From Squalus acanthias (Eukaryota): a stretch of DNA of 64,000 nucleotides. Each line of letters starts with the position of its first letter. The stretch's first letter is position 1. Positions 37,601 to 48,835 of this stretch are shown here, piece by piece. The notes below the pieces were generated by a model. It was given only the letters and a program-made list of their open reading frames with translations. It was not told the DNA's origin and did no database searches. The position numbers were made by a program, and so were the translations under genes. The stretch lies in assembly GCA_030390025.1 (NCBI GenBank), contig CM059430.1:74028001-74092000 (forward strand), given 5' to 3'.

Positions 37601-39907
37601 CAGCTATTCAACATATATATCAATGATTTGGATGAGGGAGCCAAATGTAATACTTCCAAGTTTGCTGACGGCACGAAACTAGGTGCGATTGTGAGTTGTG
37701 AGGAGGATGCAAAGTGGCTTCAAGGCGATGTAGACACGTTCAGTGAGTGGGCAAATACGTGGCAGATGCAGTATAACGTGGATAAACGTGAAGTTATCCA
37801 TTACGGTAGAAAAAACAGAAAGGCAGGCTATTATTTTAATGGTAAGAGATTGGGAAATGTAGATGTACAAAGGGAACTGCGCGCCCTTGCAAACCAGTCA
37901 CTGAACGCAAACATGCAGGTGCAGCAAGCAATTAGAAAGGCAAATGGTATGTTAGCATTCATTGCAAGGTGATGTGAGTACAGGAGCAAGGATGTCTTAC
38001 AACAGTTATACAGGGCCTTGGTGAGACAACACCTGAGTACTGTGTGCAGTTTCGGTCTCCTTACCTAATAAAATATATATTTGCCACAGAGCAAGTGCAG
38101 CCACCGTTCACCAGACTGATTCCTGGGATGACAGGACTGTCGGATGAGGAGAGATTGGGTCGAGCATGGCTGTATTCAGTACAGTTTAGAAGAATGAGAG
38201 GGGATCTCATTGAAAGGTATAACATTCTGACAGGGCTAGACTTATTGGATGCAGGGAGGATGTTTCCTTTAGCTGGGGGTCGAGAACGATGCGTGACAGA
38301 CTCAGGATACGGGGTAGGACATTTAGGACTGAGATGAGGAGAATTTTCTTCAGTCAGAGGGTGGTGAACCAATGGAATTCTCTACCTCATAAGGCTGTGG
38401 CGGCCAAGTCACAGAATATATGTAAGAAGCCGATAGATAGATTTCTCGACACAAAAGGCATCAAGGGGCATGGGGAGAGAGGGGGAATATATATTGAGAT
38501 AGAGGATCAGAAATGATCATATTGAATGGCGGAGCAGGCTCGACGTGCTGAATGGCCTACTCCTGCTCCTATTTTTCTATGTTTCTATGTTTTCGAATCG
38601 GCATTTTGTGCTTAAACTACGGCAATACTGCAAGTCGAGTTTTATTGATCATAGAGTACATTTTCCTTTTCTGGATAGAAAGGATCTAATTAGAACCTCT
38701 GTCTGGACTACGGCACGTGGTTTATCGTGTGCATCTCGCCAGTTTTACCGAACAGCGGTTCAGGATTTTTTTCCAGGTAGCAGAAATTGCAAGCGTTCCG
38801 TCTAAATGATAGGGATGTGATTGTTTGGTCTCCTCTCCTCTTCTTTCAAAATCAGATATTGGGCCTTTAAACATGTTTAACATTGCAAATAACCCTAAGG
38901 CTTTTCATCCTGCTTCTCAGTGCTAAAATTAGAAAGACCCGTTTTATTTCCCAGCCTTGAATTCACTTTACTTGATAAACATACAATTAAATCACAATTG
39001 ATGATAAAGCTAATTTGTCAAATTATTCAATGACGCTGGAACAGGAAACGGTTCCTTATTTTTGAACACGTGTCGTTGCAAACAAGTAGAACGCTGTACT
39101 GGTTTATATACAGGGCAATTCCCTATTGAAATTCCTTGTTAAGCGTAGTATCAATATCGACACCAAGTAAACTCTTCAGGATTCCAGTTCCACTAACACT
39201 TACCGTATACAACAAGTTTTACACGAGTTCCTTTTCCCACCGGTTGATCCCCATCTTTGGCTACACAGCGATACGATCCTGCGTCCGGGATCTTCACATA
39301 GAGAAGGTGAAGGTAGGCGCCGCCTTTCTTTACTTGAAACAGTTTTCTGCTATCTTCTTGCAGGATGGTATCGTTACCCTCTCTCCACCAATAAACGTTT
39401 ACGTTTGAATGGTTCAGATGGAAGGGGAAAGGGCATTGTAAGGTAAGGTTTGCACCTATGAGCGCTTTCATTTCTACAATGCCCGTAGTGACCTTACCCG
39501 AAGTGTCCACAGCAACTATCAACAAAATAAGCCACTCGGGTTAAATAATTAATAAAAAAGGAATGGATCGGCACCAACAAACAACATCGTGATATATTAT
39601 TATTTGAATGTATCTATCTATCAGAATTGTTCTCCAGTTGCTGAACGCGTTTTCTTGGTTAATTATCATAAATAACATTACCCTGCTCATCGAGATGTAT
39701 CCCTCTGGCAAGGTACACATATAATCATAATAATACATCAAATTAAACCAGCGGAAACATGTTTGCGTAGTACACTAACTTAGATATCAAATTCATGTGT
39801 TGTTTCTTCTTCAGGAAATCGTAAATATGTAACAACAAAGATAAAAGTCTACCTGGATAAAAAATGCTAAGGAAACACAGGCCCCAAAGTGCTCCACTCA
39901 TAAACAT
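34628..39907 (-). CDS. Ig-superfamily type I membrane receptor, leader-VJ-C1-TM-cytoplasmic (non-rearranging antigen-receptor-like; NKp30/SIRP/tapasin-like domain set); 3' end not located
   Basis: Six GT-AG exons 39907-39853, 39515-39204, 36628-36323, 35333-35220, 35106-35053 and 34671-34628 join in frame (phases 1,1,1,1,1, then 0) to give 885 nt / 295 aa without stops. Confidence 0.9.
35053..35106 (-). CDS. Cytoplasmic exon 1 (GRERKGRLQSSLQAEDLN)
   Basis: Acceptor TACTTCCCTGCAG, weaker donor G/GTACAA; 54 nt, phase 1/1; basic juxtamembrane residues. Confidence 0.65.
35220..35333 (-). CDS. Transmembrane exon (DFESTINIPLFAGCAVGAVVILLLIISIVTGHQLVTSK)
   Basis: Acceptor CAATCTCATAG, donor AAG/GTACGA; 114 nt, phase 1/1; hydrophobic run of about 23 aa. 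Not in the ORF track. Confidence 0.85.
36323..36628 (-). CDS. C1-set Ig domain exon
   Basis: LQCRSAAFYPMDFNISWQKNG...EGLYEVISSL...YTCKVYHVS carries the C1 signatures; acceptor TTTTCATTTAG, donor AAG/GTAATG; 306 nt, phase 1/1. Confidence 0.93.
36900..38590 (+). mobile_element. CR1-type LINE (5'-truncated) in the V-C1 intron, antisense to the gene
   Basis: PGPDNLHPRVLK, WRVANVTPL, SGVLQGSVL, SKFADGTKL; 3' tail TTTCTATG repeats. Close relative of 55500-57260. Confidence 0.92.
39204..39515 (-). CDS. V-set Ig domain exon with germline-encoded J-like G strand
   Basis: GANLTLQC...VYWWR...LHLLYVKIPDAGSYRC...VGKGTRVKLVV; acceptor TTTTGTTGATAG, donor G/GTAAGT; 312 nt, phase 1/1. Confidence 0.93.
39853..39907 (-). 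CDS. Leader (signal peptide) exon MFMSGALWGLCFLSIFYP
   Basis: ATG at 39907 (alternative 39901); hydrophobic core; donor CAG/GTAGAC, phase 1. Confidence 0.82.
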
Positions 39908-39954
39908 ATCGGGCAACGAAAACACGGCAAATCACCCGTTACGAATGAGAACTG

Positions 39955-40032
39955 GACAGATGACGATTTTGGGAATGGGCGGCAGTGTGTCTAATATCAT
40001 CTCCTACTGATATGTGACGTCAGATGTCACAA
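39955..40032 (-). promoter_or_regulatory. Probable proximal promoter of the IgSF gene (CRE, E-boxes, GC box)
   Basis: Perfect TGACGTCA at 40015-40022; CAGATG at 39957-39962 and 40021-40026; GGGCGG at 39977-39982; 50-125 bp upstream of the ATG. Confidence 0.55.
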
Positions 40033-41949
40033 GGCTGATTAATTGCGGAATGGAGAAATGCATATCCTTTAGATAGTAACATCTGCAGTTGTAGCTGTAA
40101 GCAGAAATGGTGACATGAACTAATAGGCTGAAGTTAATGAATAACATGATAGGAGCTTAAAAAGATTGTGCATGAGCTCACAAGTCCATAATTCATATTT
40201 TCTTTGACAGCTAGAAAAGACAAATCGTGCAAGTTTTCGATGTTTTTGTTTCCGTAACATAATTTAAATGTGCCCATTCTTAACCTGAAGAGGATCAGCT
40301 GAGTACTGAAGGTCCTAGCTATCGGGTTGAATCGTGCAGCAAACAGGTTTTGGGAGCAAAAATGTTCCATTGATTGGAGGATTGTCCTACAGTGACAGGA
40401 CATTATAGCATGATTCGATTATGGGGGAGAAGGTAATTGAAAAACAACTGGAATAACTGCGAGTATCTTCAAATTAATCTCCGGGCTACTTTCATAAATT
40501 TGATGGCACTTTTTGAACAATTGATGTCCGCCATTTTGTTATCATTTCTGTGAAATTCCAGGAGAATGAGTTGCAACAACCGTTCACTAGCAGTCTTTTT
40601 GCGAAAACAACTCAGATTCAGAGCGAACGTGTCAGTATAACTCGTCCGTCTGGTTCCGAAATGATTTGCGAGCCCGCTGGAGACAAGCATTTTAACAGTT
40701 AGAGTCCCGTACCCGGAGAATAATTCCGCTATAAGGCGCGAGTCTGGGTCTAAACACTCGGAGGACCTCCAGCTATTAAATACACTATTGAAGTAAAATT
40801 GAGTTGAACATTGATCGCAGTTGTTTCAATTTAGCCTATTTCCCTAAATAATCCATATTCTGCTGCTTAAGAGAAAATATTAAACTGTGTGTACTATCAC
40901 CAGAGTTTAAAATTGTCCTTATCAACCGTATCCCAGCATGAAAATGCGGTAGCTTTTTCACCTTTTAACCCACCGATATCTCACCCTAACCTCGGGGAAT
41001 ATCGGCCTAAACCCCGAAGAAATGTTATCCCTTACTATTTTAGTAGCTTCCCCAGGTCATACCAAATTTTCAATACCATTTTATTGAGAAGTTCTGTGTC
41101 CACGTCGCTGTCAGTGATGCATTCCAACGTAGGCAGTTTCACGAAGAAAGTAAATTAAAAACAATTTAGATGGAGGTAGGCGTATACCAAGGCTTATTTA
41201 GACATTGGCATCAATCACAAATTTAAATTAAAAATACTTGAGTTGGTGAGCATAAATTTAAAGTAATTTATTGTAATTAACCGACCTGTATAATTATTTG
41301 GTATCGCAAAAATACCATAATTGAACGGTTGTTGTAATTAATTCTCCTGGAATTTCCTCAGCGTTTCTTCCCAGAACCCGCCGTAACATGGGTGGAAAAT
41401 CGAAGGGAACATCTGAGATGGCAACATTATGCCCTCATGAGTTGCGACATTAGGAGAGTCACAGCAGGGGTGTGTAGTGGTGCTTTAGCGATGTCTCCAG
41501 TCTGTTGCTGCATATCAATGCGACAATGTCTGAGCTGAGTTTAGCAATTAATTAACATGCTGCAGCTGAGAGAATAACAGCTTTGTTTTGTTATTGATTG
41601 CAAAGAACGCGAGTAATTCTGCAGCTCTCCGACAAAATCTGCATGTACTGGCAATCTGTACAATTTTTAAAACTTGGGTTGTCATGTGATAGCATCTATT
41701 AGCGATCAAACAGCAGTGGAAAAATCATGCAGGTGTTGACGTGAGGTCAGCTATCGAATGTTTCCATTTGGTTTTATGCTTGCTTTTATTCTCGGCTAAA
41801 AAGGTCGGATACACAATAAGCTGCTGTGCAGACGGTTTCTGTGGTTCAGTTTATGTTTGTAGCATTATACCTGCAATGAGTGTTGTTCGTTCTTGCATTT
41901 TGTGTGTAAATACTAAACCGCAAGGCCAGTGTTTGATGATATCGCGCAT

Positions 41950-42600
41950 GCGCCTCAATGTAGGAATTGATAGTGTTTTATTTATCTTATAATTATTAGT
42001 GTATTATCAGCATATATTTCAAAAGCAATTCGGGGTAAATGTTTATTTTTGTGGCCTCGGAACAGAGTTTCATGTATCGGAAATTTGTGTTTGCATCCAG
42101 TACTCGGCTCCCATATAAGACTTACACAGTAGATGTGCAAGAAGCAAATACCATAAAAAGGCAGATGGGATTTCTGGTTTTAGTCATTCGAGAACTAAAT
42201 ATAAAATAAATCAAGCCGTTTTGATTTTTCAGAAAGCATGAGTCGAGTCGCATTTGGAGCATCGCGTGGTGCTCTGGCCCTTCCTTGTCTCACAGTGTTT
42301 TGATTGCTTTGAAAGCGAACTGTGAACAGTTAATAGCGTGGTGAGCGGAACAAGAGTTGGATCCGTATGGAACTATTCCGGTGAACTTCTCCTTCAGTGG
42401 AACTGAGAAGAGTGACGAAGGCCTAAGAACGCCTTTTAAAATTCGGAAAGCTTCTGATAGGTAGACTAGTGACAGAATTATTCTTTTGGTAACAAGGAAC
42501 ACGGACTGAGAATTATCACTAAAAGACTTTGGGGGTGGTTAGGCCTGTCCACACGGAGGTTTATCAGCATATAGAATCCTTCAACACAGTTGGCGATTGT
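41950..42600 (+). mobile_element. Old, highly degraded CR1 3' fragment
   Basis: Residual similarity to RPHLEY..QFWSP and RLGLFSL coding segments. Confidence 0.5.
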
Positions 42601-43514
42601 ATCTCACTTTAATTAAAAAATAGAGAACTATATGGAAAGGAAGAATAAAAAAGTTGTATATTAATTTCCTTCCCACGTCAAACCTCAACTGAGAGCGGTG
42701 ACGGGTTCTCTTTTGATTTGTCTGTGTAAGCGGAATTCCCAGTGATCCTCAATACACTAACTTAGTGCTGAACGGGCCATGTAAATGGGGAGCAGTACCT
42801 TATCACTAAAAACTGAAAGATGCTTCATAACTGCGGCACCAAGCCTTACAATGCAGAATGGCTTCCAGATGTGTGTGAATGGGTGAGCGGTAGGCTCACT
42901 AATTTAAATGTACGTCTAAGCAATTGACCTGCTACATGGAGGGAACAAAGTTAACGCCAGTGTAAAAGCATGGCAATATTCGCTTCTCAGTATTCCCTTC
43001 GCAGCAGTTCATCGCGTATGTCCTGGATACGACTCCAGAAGGTGTACGGTTTCGTCATTATGATTTTCTTAGTACAATTTGGTGTTTAGGTGTTTTAAAA
43101 CCATCGTCCGTGGAGCTGCCATTGCTGGCTTAGAGTGTCTATTGCTAGGAATTAACTACTCAGCAATTTAATGAAGAGAAGCGAGGTAGGAACCGCGTAT
43201 CTTTCCAAGATTAATATGAATGATAAGGATACCTGCATAGCAGAGTCAGCATCGACCACTTTTTTCGGGTATCGACGTCAAACACACAAAGTAAATTTTT
43301 CACATTGCCAATGTTCTAGAACGGAAGTGTGTGTGTGTAGTGGGGGGGGGGGGGGTGGTCGGGGGCGCGTGATTATGCTCCAGTAAGGGTACAAAATTAT
43401 TACTACACACGTATCCTTTGGACCCCCAGCACGCAATTCCCGCATTAAGTCAAAATAAGTGGTACATTTCCAGGGGATCTACATTTCCCTTTATATTTCG
43501 GTCAAATATTCGGC

Positions 43515-43790
43515 ATAGTCATAGAGTCATGGAGCCATAACGGCACAGAAGGAGGCCATGCGGCCCATCGAGTCCGTGCCGGGTCTCTGTAGAGCAAACC
43601 AGTCAGTCCCATTCCCCGCTCTACCCCCGTAAACCTGCAAGTTTATTTCCCGCAAGTACCTATCCAGTCTCCCCTTAAAAACATTGAGTGTCTCCGCTTC
43701 CACCACTTTCGTCGGCAGCGAGTTCCAGGTCCTCATCACTCGCAGTGTAAAAAAAGGTTTTTCCTCACAGCCCCCCTCTATCTCTAGCCC
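43515..43790 (-). mobile_element. CR1 3' end
   Basis: TWNSLPTKVVEAETLNVFKGRLDRYL; (CTCTATGA)-type tail. Confidence 0.8.
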
Positions 43791-43829
43791 AAATTATTTC
43801 AAAAAGATGTAGCACCAATAGAATAGTGA

Positions 43830-45940
43830 TAATGCGGTCTTTAATTATGCTAATATATAGTTGGGGGAAACAGAATCAGTTCTTGAAATGTATACTTAAC
43901 AACTAACTTGATCAGTGTGTTTCCAAGCAAACTAGCAGTGCCGCAGTGCTGGAGCTCGTCCTTCGGAACAAAGTGGTGCGAGTGGATCCTGTATCAATGG
44001 TGGAACATCGAAGAAACAGTGGGCATAATTAGATTAGTGTGCTTATAAAATAGAACGAGGAACAAACAAAGCTGAAGATACTGACAGAGTGCTAACTTCA
44101 GTGACTTGATAGGGGGATCTGGCCCAGGTGATTGAAAAATAAAATTATGGCAATTAATGACAATAAATGAGCAACACGAGGCCTTCAATGATGAGATAGT
44201 TTGGGAACACACGAAGGGGAAAGAAGGCGTGAAAAAAGCTCTAACTCCTTTTATGACTAAATAAATTGAGATTAAAATGAAGCAGAAAAGGCGGAAATAA
44301 GGGGAGCGAAGCGTGTATGGGAATTGATTAGCGGGTAACATAACAGGGAGCACAAAAGTAATTTTATAAACATGTAAAATAAACTTGTAGTGAAAGGAAG
44401 GGTGGGGCAGATTAGGGACCAAAAAGGAGATTTTCTTGTGGCGCCAGAGGGCATGGCTGGAGTACTAAATGAATACCTTGCATTTCTCGTCACTATATAT
44501 TAGGATGCTGTCAATGCCACAGTACAGGAGTTGGTAGTAGATAAATTGAATAGAATGATAATAAATATGGGTAGTGTACTTCAAATGTTGGCAGCGCTCA
44601 AAGTAGAAAAGTCAATGATCGAGATGGGATATATCCTAGTTTCCGAATGGAATTAAGGGTAGCATTTACGGCGGCTGTGTTCACACGCTTTCAAATCTCG
44701 TTAGTTATAGTAGTGATGACAGAGGACTTCATAATTGCAACTGTTACACCCCTGTTCAAACAAGGGGAGAGAGATAAAGCAGCCAGTCCGCCGAACGCCA
44801 GTATTGCGAGTTCTTCTAGATATCATAATCTGAGGCAAAAAAAAAATTCACTTGGAACAGCAATGTTAAAAAATGACAGCCAACACGGATTTGTTAAACC
44901 TACATGGCGTCTGACAAATTTGGTTCAGTGCTATTGTTAAATAAACTTCATCAAGTTTGATGAATGTAGCCTCATTGATGTGCATATGATCTTTCAAAAG
45001 TCGTTTGATCAGGTGTGAAATGATGGATGTGTTAAAAAAATTATAGCCAAGGACATTATGTGGCAGTGGCACTATGGGTACGAAATGGGCTAAGAGACAG
45101 AAAACAGTGAGTATTGGTGAACGCTGGATTTTCCGACTGGAGGGAAGTTTACAGTGGCGTTGCCCAAGCATTGCAGACAACCATGAAGTAATTCTTTTTG
45201 GAATTAAGTATATGGCTACTTAATATAAAATAAATAGTACAATTTTAATTGGTTGCAGGAACAGGAAGGATGCCTGGACGTTCTCATACACAAATCTATG
45301 AAAGTGCCAGGAAAAGTTGATAAAGTTCTTCCAAAATCACATAGGATCAAGCATAGAGTACAAAATCAAGAAAGTTGTGCTAAACCTTTATAAATCAACG
45401 TTTAGGCTGCAGGTGGCATGAAGTGCACAGTTCTGGGCACCACACTTTAGGAAGGATACGAACTGCAGAGGAGATCTCTAAGAATTATACCAGCGATGAG
45501 AGACTTCAATTACGTGGAGAGGCGAGAGAAGGTCGGATTGTTCTCCATAGAGAAGATAAATTAAAAGGGAGAATTAATAGAGGTGCTCAAATTCATGAGG
45601 GGTTATGATGGAGTAATTAAGGAGAAACCCTTCCCTCTGGCAGGAAGATCGGTAAAAAAAAAGTACACAGATTTTACATAATTGGCAACAGGACCGGAAA
45701 AGAGATTAAGACAATCATGTTATGCAGCGAGTTATTATGATTTGGAATGCACTGTCTGAAAGGATGTTGGAAGCACATTCAATCTAACTTTCAAAAGGGA
45801 ATGGGACATATATTTGAAAAGGAAACATCTGCTGAGCTGTGGAGAAAGAGTGGGGCAGAAGCACTAATTTGATGCCTCTTTCAATGAGGCGGTACAGGCA
45901 TGATTGGCCAAATGGCATCCTTCTATGCTGTATAATTCTA
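43830..45940 (+). mobile_element. Degraded CR1 ORF2 and 3' end
   Basis: VTPLFKQG, NDSQHGFVK and IWNAL fragments; 3' UTR at about 45890-45940. Confidence 0.8.
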
Positions 45941-45979
45941 TAATTATGTTTTGCAGAGATACTTGAAATGCTGTGGCAG

Positions 45980-46995
45980 ATCTATCACTATTCGGAACCC
46001 CATTATATTTCTTAGTGGGATTCTCCCCGGTCCTTCCTCTTCTAATTTCACGTTTCTCCACCATTGATCCCCGCGAGCATAACTGGAGGAGCGGCAACAA
46101 CAGCAAGTGGCGAGATACAGGAAGAGGCCCTGGGTGAGCTAAAGGCAGCTGCAATAGATGTTCCGTATTTTCCGATCGGAGGCTTCCTGCATGCGGAGGC
46201 CTGCGATCTGGAAAAAAATCTACGCCCTTACCTGAGGGCTCCAGAGTACCGGCCATTTCCGCTCCTGGGCCTCTGCTCCACGAAATGCGCTGGGCCCTGG
46301 TATCCCAGGGGCACATGCGGTTCGCAAGCGTCCCTGGGATCACGTGGGCCATGGGAAACCAATGGGAGAAGGGAATCCCCCTTCATAATTTTGACAACTT
46401 AGACCTGTCAAAAGTATGAATGGAGATCACTCCAGAAACACATCAAAACATTAAGTAAATTTAATAATAAATCACGTTTTTAAAATTAGTTAAAATTACA
46501 TTAAATTAAACATTTTAAATAAAAATTTAGTTTTTTGGGAAAAAAAATAAAGTTTTTCAAGGGGCTAAAAATAAAGTTACCTTTTTAAAAAATATTTTGA
46601 AATTAAAATGAATGAAAAAAAGTCTTTTAAACACTTCTGCTGGTAAAAGCAGGCATTACGCCTGCTTTTACCTTTCTTAAGATATTTAAGGGATTTCAGC
46701 TGGCGGAGGATCTGCAGACAGCGGAAATCTCCAGCCGCAGAGGCCCTTCACCAGGGCATGCGTGCGATCTGGCAAGAGGATTGCCGAGAGATCGGAAATG
46801 CCGGTTTTCAGCGCATTCGCTTCGCAAGCCTGAAACCGTCACTTGCGAGGTCCCTACCGGTGTGTACACAGCTCGTACGCACCCGTGGGGATCGGAAAAT
46901 ACGGGCCAATGTTTCCTTGACTTGCTGGAGATGAATGTTGGCGACACTGGAGCTGTGACTTGTTGTTGTCCCTTTATAGGAATGTCGGCTAACTT
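45980..46995 (+). pseudogene. Probable decayed V-type Ig exon interrupted by a TIR element
   Basis: After removing 46160-46910 the frame reads DLSLFGTPLYFLVGFSPVLPLLISRFSTIDPREHNWRSGNNSKWRDTGRGPG*AKGSCNRCFLDLLEMNVGDTGAVTC, colinear with the intact V exon. First Cys absent, one stop. Confidence 0.4.
46160..46907. mobile_element. Harbinger-like TIR element
   Basis: GTTCCGTATTTTCCGATC / GATCGGAAAATACGGGCC; flanks GAT/AAT. Confidence 0.85.
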
Positions 46996-47705
46996 GCAAA
47001 ATTCTGAAGGGTATTGACAGGGTAGATGCTAAGATGTTGTTTCCCCTGGCTGGAATGTCTAGAACTAGGGGGCATAGTCTCAGGATAAGGGGACGGCCAT
47101 TTATGACTAGGATGAGGAAGAATTTCTTCACTCAGAGAGTTGAGAATCTTTGGAATTATCTGCGTCACAGGGCTGTGAATACTGAGTCTTTGAGTATATT
47201 CAACGCTGAGATAGATAGATAGATTTTGGGACTCTAGGGGAATCAAGGCATATGGAGATCGGGCGGGAAACTGAAGTTGAGGTCGATGATCAGCCATGAT
47301 CTTATTGAATGGCGGAGAAGGCTCGAGGGGCCGTATTGCCTACTCCTGCTCTTACTTCTTATGTTCTTAAGTTCTTAAGAGTTGATCAAATAGAGATTTT
47401 CAAGATGATGAGAGGTGAGTATGGAGTTGATAGGCAAAAACTTTTCCCACTGGCGAGTGGATCAATAACCAGAGGTCATAGATTTAAAATCATTGTCAAA
47501 AGATCTCGAACCTTCTGCCTGAAAGGGTGTTGAAAGCTGATTCCATAAATAGTTTTAAAAGGGAGTTGTACAGCTACATGAGGATAAGGAAATTACAGAG
47601 CTACGGCCAAAAGCGGGTGTGTGGGACTAATCACCACTATTCTTTCAAAGAACAAGCACAGGCACAACGAGCCGAATGGCCTCCTTCTGTGTTGTATGTT
47701 TCTAT
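46995..47705 (+). mobile_element. Two CR1 3'-end fragments
   Basis: RTRGHSLRIRGRPF..RKNFFTQRVENLWN plus CR1 3' UTRs. Confidence 0.8.
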
Positions 47706-48150
47706 GGCAACACGGTGGCATAGTGGTTAGCACTGGTGCTTCACAGCGCCAGGGACCCGGGTTCGAATCTGACCTCGGGTGACTGTCTGTGTGGAGTTTG
47801 CACATTCTCCCCGTGTCTGCGTGGGTTTCCTCCGGGTGCTCCGGTTTCCTCCCACAGTCCAAAAATGTGCGGGTTAGGTTGATTTGGCTAATATAAATTG
47901 ACCCTTAGTGTTAGGGGGGGATTAAATATGTGGGGTTACGGGGATAGGATGGGATATGTTAGGGGGAATTAAATACGTGGGGTTACGGGGGTAGGGTGGG
48001 ATATGTGTACTGTGGGGATTAAAGCAGGGACAGGGTACTGGATTTGGATGATCAGCCATGATCGTATTGAATGGTGGAGCAGGCTCGACGGGCCGAATGG
48101 CCTACTCCTGCTCCTAGATTCTATGTTTCTATGTTTCTAAGATTCTATGA
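47706..48150 (+). mobile_element. HE1-type V-SINE (tRNA-derived head, V domain, CR1-like tail)
   Basis: Box A TGGCATAGTGG at 47716; box B GGTTCGAATCT at 47760; V-domain core TGTGGAGTTTGCACATTCTCCCCGTGTCTGCGTGGGTTTCCTCCGGGTGCTCCGGTTTCCTCCCACA; internal duplication of about 47 bp at 47910-48005. Confidence 0.9.
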
Positions 48151-48389
48151 TTCCCAAGCGAATTAATTTTGTAGCCTCTCCTATCTTTTCCCATTTTCAC
48201 CGCCACTTTCACTTCATATCACTCCTTACCCTGATCACTGCTCCACATCTTCCTTAGTGAACTGTACACTCATTCCCTAGGTGCTCTTGTACACTTGCTC
48301 CCTTGTCAGTCGCCGAACCAGTAACCCTGCATCCACTTCGCCAGTTCTGCACTCCCACGCTCTCCTGCAGATTAGGTTACACGGGGCAT

Positions 48390-48835
48390 TGTTTAAGGAT
48401 CGTCTTAAAGGAGGAAAGAAAGGTAGAGAGGCGGAGAGGTTAAGACAGGGAATTCCATAGCTTAGGGCCTAGCCAACAGAAGGCATGGCCACCAATGGTA
48501 GAGCGATTATAATCAGGGATGTTGGGCAGGACAGCATTAGATGAGCGTAGATATCTCGGGGGGTTGTGGGGCTGAAGGAGATTAGAGAGATAGGGAGGAG
48601 CAAGGCCATGGAGGGACGTGAAAACAAGGATGATAATTTTGAAATCGAGGCGTTGCTTAACCGGGTGCCAATGTAGGTCAGCGAGCACTGCATTGATGGA
48701 TGACCGGAACTTTGTACGACATGGGCAGCCGCGTTTTGGATCAAGTCAAATTTACGTAAGATAGAATCTGGGAGGCCAGCCAGGAGTGCGTTGAAATAAT
48801 CAAGTCTAGAGGTAACACAGGCATGGATAAAATAC
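48390..48835 (-). mobile_element. L2 LINE ORF2 C-terminal fragment
   Basis: IHACVTSRLDYFNALLAGLP, LHWHPVKQRLDFKI, GLAPPYLS, GPKLWNSL. Confidence 0.9.
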
